From Octopus vulgaris (lineage: Eukaryota): DNA of 64,000 nucleotides. The notes beneath the pieces were generated by a model. The model searched no databases, was not told the origin of the DNA, and saw only the letters and a program-made list of their open reading frames with translations. The stretch lies in contig OX597814.1 of the NCBI GenBank assembly GCA_951406725.2, forward strand, positions 157,976,001-158,040,000. The letters run 5' to 3'. Of this stretch, positions 55,454 to 64,000 are shown piece by piece; the stretch's first letter is position 1, and each line of letters begins with the position of its first letter. Both the position numbers and the translations under genes were made by a program.

Positions 55454-56424
55454 CTGAAAAACAAACGTAAATCACAGATCAAGAATCGGCATGCAAATAC
55501 ATTTTATTATTCGATGTATATTTTACCATTATAGAATCTCATTGTTATTCTTGTTATTGTTGTTGTTAAGCAGTGATCAATCATGATATTCCGCCTTATT
55601 TGTTCTTGCACAATGCATTCTGGACTATATCATGTAGTTAGGACCAGTCAAATGATCACTCAGTGCAGTTATTTTCACCCACTCTGATGCAGCTCAAAAT
55701 CTGCATATAATCCGGTGGTGTGTCCCGTGTTTTGCAGGTAGGTGACAAATGACCAACAATTTTTAAACGCATCAGAATGTAATGAGTTCTCCATTTCTGT
55801 TTTAAAACTATATTTGTACATACAAACATACGTTTCTATATACGTACCTAACATATGAGAATATATTGGACTATCGGATTGAACCAAATTTAATGTACCT
55901 TTGATTTAAAAAAAAAGGGTTTTAAATCGGCTTGATTGTTTAGAATTATTCCCGCTATGTAGTTTCGACTTTCAGAAACACATTTTCACGCTTTTCATAG
56001 AGATATAAACGAAACACACTAAAATAAAACTAAGAAACCCAACATTCATGTATATTGGATTCAGTCATTGAAGTGCAGTTATACGAAAACAAAATTTTCT
56101 TTAACTCATCATAACTAATGTACAGAAAATATGGTAATTTGCAAAATTAAAGTAGAAAAAGACGGATTAAGAACAAAGCCTTATAGCTATAAGCCACAAC
56201 TTTTTATATCCGGAGTTTAGATTTTGCCGACAGGGTGTTATTTGAACTCAGATTGGACTTTGGTTTTCCTTCTCTCAAGTATTCTATTCGAGTCGACGTA
56301 ATTGAAATATTGCTCCTCCAATTCTTTGAGCTGTGTTCGGGTTAAATTAGACAGTTTGTATAAAATATCAAGAAAACACAATAGTCCATCCAAAATTAAA
56401 TAAAAAATATAATTTTTTGTTTTT

Positions 56425-56765
56425 AGATATTAACTAGATTATAGTTAGCAAATAATGCTTTACTCAAGGTAGCGGCCTCAGTTTCCAACACGGCCTCAAG
56501 ACAGGTCCGAAACTTGGTACATGCATTTCTCAATGTGTACAAAGGTAACTCTTTGAACACCTCGGCCTTAGTGTTGCAGGCAGCGCATTTGATGACTTTC
56601 TCAACTGCACCACACACATAGTAACCCATTGAATTAACATTGGGGAAATTAGGACACCAGAATTTGGGGCTGGTGAAATTGTAAATATTTTACGACAACC
56701 ATTTTGAATATTTCAGGAGATAGAGCAAGGAGACTAATTCTGCTGCCAGACGAATCATTACAACA
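56425..56765 (-). mobile_element. Tc1/mariner transposase C-terminal remnant inside the lectin intron
   Basis: FVWQQN, FTSPKFWCPNFPN and YYVCGAVEK...CNTKAEVFKELP...RNACTKFR. Confidence 0.75.
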
Positions 56766-56779
56766 ATTTTGGGGTAACT

Positions 56780-57425
56780 TTATGTGCAGGATGTACGTAT
56801 CACATCTTACAGCCTCTACATTTGTCACAAATCACTCTTTGAACAGAAAACATGATGTCGGCGTTTGAATACTCGCTGTTCACCTCTGCCGATCAAACTC
56901 CCAACCCATGCGCTCCCGTCGCGACACTGATTCTGCAAAACTGGGTTGGGTGTGAAAACCACATTTAAAGTATAAATATAGTCCTATTTGAGGTGGAAAA
57001 TCAATAAACTGATTCCATTTGAGGTTTTCCATTTAATCAGGATTTTAAAAATTCGATAAACCGATTCCTTAGAGGATTTGGCAATAAAATTGGCTACAAC
57101 CCATTTTCAACTATAACTGTTACCAATTTTGATGTATTTTCTTCAAACTTGATGCCAGCATTATTTAGAATTCATGGGATCTTTGGATGCTTTAAGTTCT
57201 CCAAAAACAAAAAAACAAAAATCGATGAGTGGAAAAAATCGATAAACCGATTCTTTATGGGATTTCCCAATCGGATTGTCTGTAACTCATTTTCAGCCAA
57301 AAGTTTACCAATTTCAACGGATTTCGCTCAAATTTGACGTCGATGTTAGTTTGGTTTGAAATAAAGAGCGTGATTAGTTTAATAATACTAACTTAATCCC
57401 GAGCAAAGCCGAGCTATATTGCTAG
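56780..57425 (+). mobile_element. Helitron-like non-autonomous element inside the lectin intron
   Basis: 3' cccgagcaaagccgag plus gCTAG-T. Repeated tcgataaaccgattc motifs. The 5' end is uncertain. Confidence 0.55.
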
Positions 57426-57853
57426 TATACTATAATTCCTTAACAATATATGTGTGAATTAAATGATTAAATTCAGTATTTTATCAAAAGCCTATGTATA
57501 TTCTCAACGTAAACGAAACAATCAGAGTAGAGAGTACAAATGAAAAAAAGGTTAGACCAAAGTCGAAATTATATTTGCGAGTTTTATTTGCGAAAATTTA
57601 AATTAAGAATGTCATTAAACATTTATAGTTTGATATTAGATATATCTTGAGTATAATTTAATTTGAATGTGTGTGTGTGTGCGTTTAAGCGTGCGTGTGT
57701 GTAAGCGTACGTGTGTGTAAGTGTACGTGTGTGTGTGTCCGTGTGTATGTGCGTGTGTGTCTGAGATAGATACATAAATAGATAAGGAGAGAGAGAATGA
57801 GAGCTTGCTATGTGTGAGGGAGAGTGTGTATTAAATAGTAAAATGTTACTCAC

Positions 57854-58027
57854 CCAATTCCTTCTGTATATACTCCATTATTCCTTTATTTTCCGCGTGG
57901 ATAAGCTGTCCTCGATCCATATTGCAATCGTCTGCAGCGTTATTCCATGATTTTCTACTTGAACTTACTCGAAAACACAATCTCAATTCTGGTTTGTAAG
58001 TGTAGCCAGCTGATGTAGGACATTCAG
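57854..58027 (-). CDS. C-type lectin CTLD N-terminal exon
   Basis: Acceptor ttttccttgtctttctaaAG, donor G|GTGAGT, 174 bp, phase 1-1. ECPTSAGYTYKPELRLCFRVSSSRKSWNNAADDCNMDRGQLIHAENKGIMEYIQKEL splices in frame to 55453. Confidence 0.88.
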
Positions 58028-58889
58028 CTTTAGAAAGACAAGGAAAATATATTTCATGTGTTAAACCTTTTGGAAAAGTAATGATTGAACCACTTTTTCT
58101 GACCCCCATTAACTGTAATATGACATGGAGGTATCTTCTCTTACCCAATACACCTCAAATATAACTGTAGTTGAATTGATAGTCAGATTGAATTGATGAG
58201 CAAGTGGAATTGGTATTCAAGTAAAACTGATAGTCACTTCCCTCCCAGTTTAGTTTCTATATTCTCAATGAATTCTTTTCCAGAATTTTCTTTTCAAGAG
58301 CAATTTGGCCAACACCCATGCACCAATTTATTAGGTGTTACAATCTCTTATTCATCAAATTTCCACAAAACAAGGTGTCCAGTTGATATTCTATCCTCCA
58401 AAGTTATAAATGTATACTCATGAGCTGGTGCTAAACTCATGTATTTTAATACTTCACATTTCTTCATGAACATGCATGGAAACAGGTAATTGTATCATTA
58501 AAATTTAAAGATGTAGCCTTTCTAACTTAATAACATTCAGACTGTTGTTCTTACCTCAAACAACTCTTATTTTATTGTAAAAGATACCCTTCTTCATCGC
58601 CTTCAATCCTTTTCAGTTACTCAGACCTTATGTTTTCCTTAACACATTTATGAACACAATCTTGACAACTTCGAGTGACATAGTGCAGTTTTGGTTTTTT
58701 TAAATGATTTCCAACTATAGCTAATTGACGATGGTGATGAACGTTACTTTACCTCAGTTCATGTGAGACAGGAGTTTACGAAATCTTTTGGTAGTAACAG
58801 CGAAAAGGAAGCTGAACCTGTAAGTGAAGGCCTCTCTCTCGGTAGTGGATCAGTAAAGATGCAGAATGACCACAGCTAAACGGAAGAAC

Positions 58890-59960
58890 TAGGGAGGAAT
58901 TCAATATGAATAGAGGACCCCACCTAAGAGCAGTAGTAGCAAGATTATACTTATCTAGAAAGAAAGGCAGGAGTGAGTTAATATCAGTAGAAGACTGCGT
59001 GGAGATAGCTAGAGCAGATATAGACTCCTCTGTAGATAATAGTGAAGAAAGTTTATTAAAAGCGTTAGAATTACAGCAAGGCAGAATGTAACCAAAAGCC
59101 CAAGCGAATTTAAAAACCAGAAAAATAAACAGAGAGTATCTGACTGGCACGAGAAGCCGTTGCATTATAGATTCCCAAAGATAGTTGCAGCAAATAGTAG
59201 TAGTAAGACATGATTATGGTTGCAGAAATAAAAGCTGAAAAGGGAGACATAAAGTTTGTTAGTAGCTGCATAAAATCATGTACTAAGGACTAATTGGATA
59301 AAAGCCAAGACAGAAAAATCCAAGTAGATTCCTAGTATAGTTTATGCAAATCAAACGAGGAACGCCTTACTGATATAGTAAATGAAAGTAGGATGCTGGC
59401 ATAGAAAGAATACAAGGAAAGACATAACAACTAGGGAAAATAGTCAACTAGGAGTTATGTTGAAAGTTAGGATTTGAACATACTAATAAATAGTATGAAT
59501 ATGAATCTAGTAAAGTAATAGAAAGTAAGGAATACAAGATGTTGTGGGGATTTAACTTTCAATCTGACAGAGTAATTGAAGCTAGAAGGCTTGATTTAGT
59601 AGTGGTAGATAAAGAGAATATACTGTGCCAGATAATTGAGTTCACAGTCCTAACTGAGGGAAAATTCAATATAAGAGGTATAGAAAAATTAGAAAAGTAC
59701 AAGGTCCTATCCATAGAATTACAGAAACTACGGAAAGTGCAGGTAAAACGTATTCCATTAGTTATAGGTGCATTGGGAACTATCCTTATAGATCTTAACA
59801 GATGGATAGAGGAAACAGGCATAAAAACCAGTTTAGTAAAGCTTCAGAAAACAGTGTTATTAGGGACAGCTAGGATACTTAGGAATGTTCTTGACATCTA
59901 AGGTCACTTGTAGCTCGACGTTAGCATTTTTTTCTTTTACAACAGACTAATCTCTTGTGT
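58890..59960 (+). mobile_element. Old decayed RLE LINE 3' part
   Basis: RLYLSRKKGRSELISVEDCV and LWGFNFQSDRVIEARRLDLVVVDK...LQKTVLLGTARILRNVL*. Confidence 0.8.
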
Positions 59961-59963
59961 GTG

Positions 59964-60018
<55 letters not shown>

Positions 60019-60019
<1 letters not shown>

Positions 60020-61821
60020 GACATCCCCATTAGAAGAGGAATATTCCAGGGAGACACGCTCTCTCCACTCCTTTTTTGCTTGGCACTGTCACCTCTATCT
60101 GATATGCTAAATAGAACTGGATGCGGATATAAATGTTACGGCAAAACGATCAGCCACCTTTTATATATGGATGACCTAAAACTATACGCTACAAATGACA
60201 AACAGCTGGAAACCCTATTAAAGACAGTTCATGGATTTACCAAAGAAATAGATATGAAATTTGAATTAGAAAAATGCGCCAAAGTAACCATGAAAAGAGG
60301 AAAACTAGTTAAGAGTAACCACATCACACTAGATAAAACCAATGAAATAAAAGAATTAGACCAAAGCCAAACTTACAAATACTTAGGAATCCATGAACTA
60401 GATAAGACACAACACACACAAATGAAAGAGAAAAAAAAAGAATATCCTAGACGAGTTAGATCAATACTAAACACAGAGCTCAATGCTAAAAACAAGATAA
60501 TAGGTATCAACACTTTAGCTGTCCCAGTTATAAGTTACAGCTACAATATCCTTAACTGGACACGAAATGAACTGACCAAAATAGATAGGAAAACAAGAAA
60601 AATACTGACAGGATCTAGGATGCATCACCCAAAATCTGACATAGAAAGACTATATATACAACGTATAGAAGGTGGTAGAGGCCTTATACAGCTGGAAAAC
60701 TACTATAAAATAACCACCATAGGACTGCAAAAATATCTACTTCAGAAGGAAAGAAAACTGATCCAGATAGCGGCAAAACACGAGCAAAACAAAAAACTGT
60801 TCTCAGTATTTAAGGAAGCTGAAAAATACAAACAAGAAATCATACCACCTAATAAACATGAAGAAGAAGAAGAAGAAGATGAAGAAACAACAAAAGCTAT
60901 AAAACAAATGAAATCCAAACTAAAAATAGAACAACAACGAACCATGATAAAACGATGGCAAGAAAAGCCCCTTCATGGTAAATACTGCACTAAACTAAAC
61001 GCAAAAGAAATAGACAAAGAAAAATCCCAGCAATGGTTGAGAAGCTCAAGACTCAAAGCAGAAACAGAGGGATTTTTAATTGCAGCGCAAGACCAAAGCC
61101 TCCCCACCAGAAATTACCAAAAACATGTAATTAAAAGAAATATTACAAGCAACTGCAGAATATGTGGAGATGGACAAGAAACAATAAATCATATTATCTC
61201 TAGCTGCCCAGTCCTGGCTAAGAAGGAATATATTCACAGACATGACAGAGTTGGAACCTACATACATTGGAAGCTATGCCAACATTATGGAATAACAACA
61301 GAAAAAAGATGGTATAGGCACACACCAGAAAAGGTCACAGGAAACGAGAAAGCAACCATACTTTGGGATATGCCGATACACACAGATAGAGAAATTAAGG
61401 CCAACAGACCAGATATGGTTGTCAGAGACCATGAAGAAAAAAAAATGCTTTCTAATTGATGTATCAATACCGGCAGATGACAACGTGTCTCTAAAAGAAA
61501 TGGAGAAACTCTCAAAATACAAAGACCTGGAAATAGAGCTAACTAGAATGTGGAATCTGAAAACAGAAACAATTCCTATCATAGTAGGTGCATTAGTCAT
61601 GATAAAAAAATATTCAGACAAATACATAACAAAAACACCAGGACTTACAAACACATATAACATACAGAAAATTGCACTACTAGGCACTGCACACATCCTA
61701 CGCAGAACACTTTCCATACAATAACCATCAGAGCATCACAACAAATCACAGCACATACCCAGGGCACACAGAGCTGCGCTCGGTAGTGAAGTGAAAGCAC
61801 GCTATAAAAATAAAACTACTG
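60019..61821 (+). mobile_element. Young 5'-truncated RLE (R4/Dong-like) LINE in (AAT)n
   Basis: IRRGIFQGDTLSPLLF, YMDD, YKYLG, CRIC...H....C knuckle and NRPD...IDVSIP REL nuclease. One frameshift in an A-run at about 61437-61445. Confidence 0.93.
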
Positions 61822-61849
61822 AATAATAATAATAATAATAATAATAATG

Positions 61850-61892
<43 letters not shown>

Positions 61893-61921
61893 TAATAATA
61901 ATAATAATAATAATTATAATG

Positions 61922-61980
<59 letters not shown>

Positions 61981-61983
<3 letters not shown>

Positions 61984-63822
61984 GCTGCTCAATGACGCGC
62001 AGTACGGGTATAAAATGTTTGATAAAAATATAAATCATCTCGTTTACATGGATGATTTAAAGCTTTTTGCAAAAAATGATCAACAACTCAAGGGCTTACT
62101 AGCGATAGTCAAACAATTCAGTGACGACATCAGAATGCAATTCGGCCTCGATAAATGTGCAAAGGCTACCTTTATCAAAGGAAAAACGACAGAAACATCT
62201 AACGTTAACCTTGACCAACAGAATGTCATAAAAGAACTAGACCCAGCGGAGAGCTACAAGTACCTAGGGGTAATTGAAGGGAACGGAATAAGGCATTCAG
62301 AGATGAAGGAAAGGATCAGGAGAGAATGCTATCGAAGAGTGAGAGCAATACTCAAGACAGAGCTGAATGCAAGAAACAGGATCGAAGCAATCAATGCATT
62401 AGCTATACCAGTCGTGACTTACAGTTTCAATATTGTTAACTGGTCAATTACTGAAATATGTCAGCTCGACAGAAAAATAAGGAAACTGTTGACAATGCAT
62501 AGAATGCACCACCCTAAGGCAGATACAGAACGACTCTATCTGCCAAGAAAAGAGGGAGGCCGTGGTCTTTTGCAACTGGCAATAACAATGAAGATTGCTA
62601 CAATTGACCTAGACACCTACCTGAAAAACTCTGAGGACTGGATGTTAAAACTTGTCTCAAAACATGAAAACAAGAAAGCATCATACTCAGTCACAAAACA
62701 GGCAAAGGAATATCTAAGTGAATTCCGAATACAACCAATTTCGGAATTAGAGATAGACACACAAGAAACAAGCACAGAAAAAGCTAGGCGCATGAAAACC
62801 CGTGCCAAAACTGCGGCCTTAGATATTCTGAATAATAAATGGCAAGAAAAACCTCTCTATGGCAAATACCCAAAGAGAGCGAATAATGCAGATATCGACA
62901 AAGCCCTGACCCATCAATGGCTAATGGCCTCTGGCTTAAAATCTGAAACAGAGGGGTTTATCATAGCAGCTCAAGATCAATGCCTACCAACAAGAAACTA
63001 CCAGGCCAACATATTAAAGATCAGAAGCAGTCCAACGTGTCGTGTATGCAAGCAACAAAATGAAACCATTGACCATGTGGTCTCCAAGTGCAGTCTTCTA
63101 GCGCCTACAGAGTATCTCAACAGGCACGATAGAGCTGCACAATATATTCACTGGGTAATCTGTAAAAACCTGGATTTGCCCCATGAAAAAAACTGGTGGG
63201 AACACAAACCACCCCCAGTGCTTGAAAATGACCACATCTCACTCCTCTGGAACTTCACCATTCAAACTGACAGGAAGATAGATGCAAATAGGCCAGACAT
63301 CATATTGAAAGACTTCAAACAAAGAACATGCCTCCTCATTGATATGACTGTCCCAATCGATATAAACGTATCTGTCAGGACCTACCAAAAACTGAGCAAA
63401 TATAAAGATCTTGAAATAGAAATCAGCAAAATGTGGAAGCTGAAGACTAAAACAATACCTGTTGTCATAGGTGCCCTGGGAATGATAGCAAAAGGGGCTG
63501 ATAGCTACCTAACTCAGATACCAGGAAACCCAAAAATGGCAGAAGTTCAAAAGATAGTGCTCATGGGAACTGCTCATATCCTACGCAAAATACTCTCTAT
63601 GTAACCTCAAGGTTTAAAACAACCATAATTTTCGGTTTAAAAAAAAAAAAAAAAAAAAACAACTTTTTTTTAGACATTCATTAGTACAACATCCCCACCC
63701 CCCAAATATATGGCACACTAGGCATAACAACAACATGAACTTCCAACCCTGTTGTCTCTTGAGGTCTCTGGGTGAGACTTGGAGCCAACTTGTACAAATA
63801 TAAAGCAAAAGTCAAACATAGA
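61981..63822 (+). mobile_element. Second RLE LINE subfamily, 5'-truncated, uninterrupted ORF to 63604, (AAT)n on both sides
   Basis: INHLVYMDDLKLF, YKYLG, CRVCKQQNETIDHVVSKC, NRPDIIL...IDMTVP...KLSKY and GTAHILRKILSM*. Confidence 0.93.
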
Positions 63823-63846
63823 ATAATAATAATAATAATAATAATA

Positions 63847-63884
<38 letters not shown>

Positions 63885-64000
63885 TATTGTTGTTTGACCT
63901 TAACCAGTTGACAATGGCCCTTAGTGGCTGACGATATGCGCATCTCTGATTATGAGCAGAAGTAGTGGGAGAGCATCATACCCGTGTATGTTTCACCTTT

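Overview
This is repeat-dense, AT-rich animal DNA, not prokaryotic. The tRNA-derived SINEs, LINE types and heavy (TA)n/(CA)n/(AAT)n load suggest an octopus or other coleoid cephalopod (inference). Most ORFs in the supplied track are microsatellite artefacts. The only convincing host gene is a minus-strand C-type lectin domain split over two phase-1 exons (57854-58027 and 55215-55453). It has a decayed paralogous exon at about 35.3 kb and probable further lectin remnants at 37-38 kb. The rest is transposon debris: CR1-like and L1/Tx1-like LINEs, (AAT)n-associated RLE (R4/Dong-like) LINEs, a Gypsy pol remnant, pogo and Tc1/mariner DNA transposons, several Helitrons and SINEs. Four structural observations stand out. 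(i) About 8-10 minimal type I hammerhead-ribozyme-like motifs, often with a palindromic stem III, sit in short non-coding elements of several unrelated sequences embedded in microsatellites. (ii) A collinear multi-kb inverted duplication (569-9226 vs 48660-51806) brackets about 39 kb. (iii) An older tandem duplication lies at 19-26 kb. (iv) RLE LINEs form head-to-tail stacks in (AAT)n, one with a 44-bp target-site duplication. All coordinates were read by eye; element boundaries are approximate.
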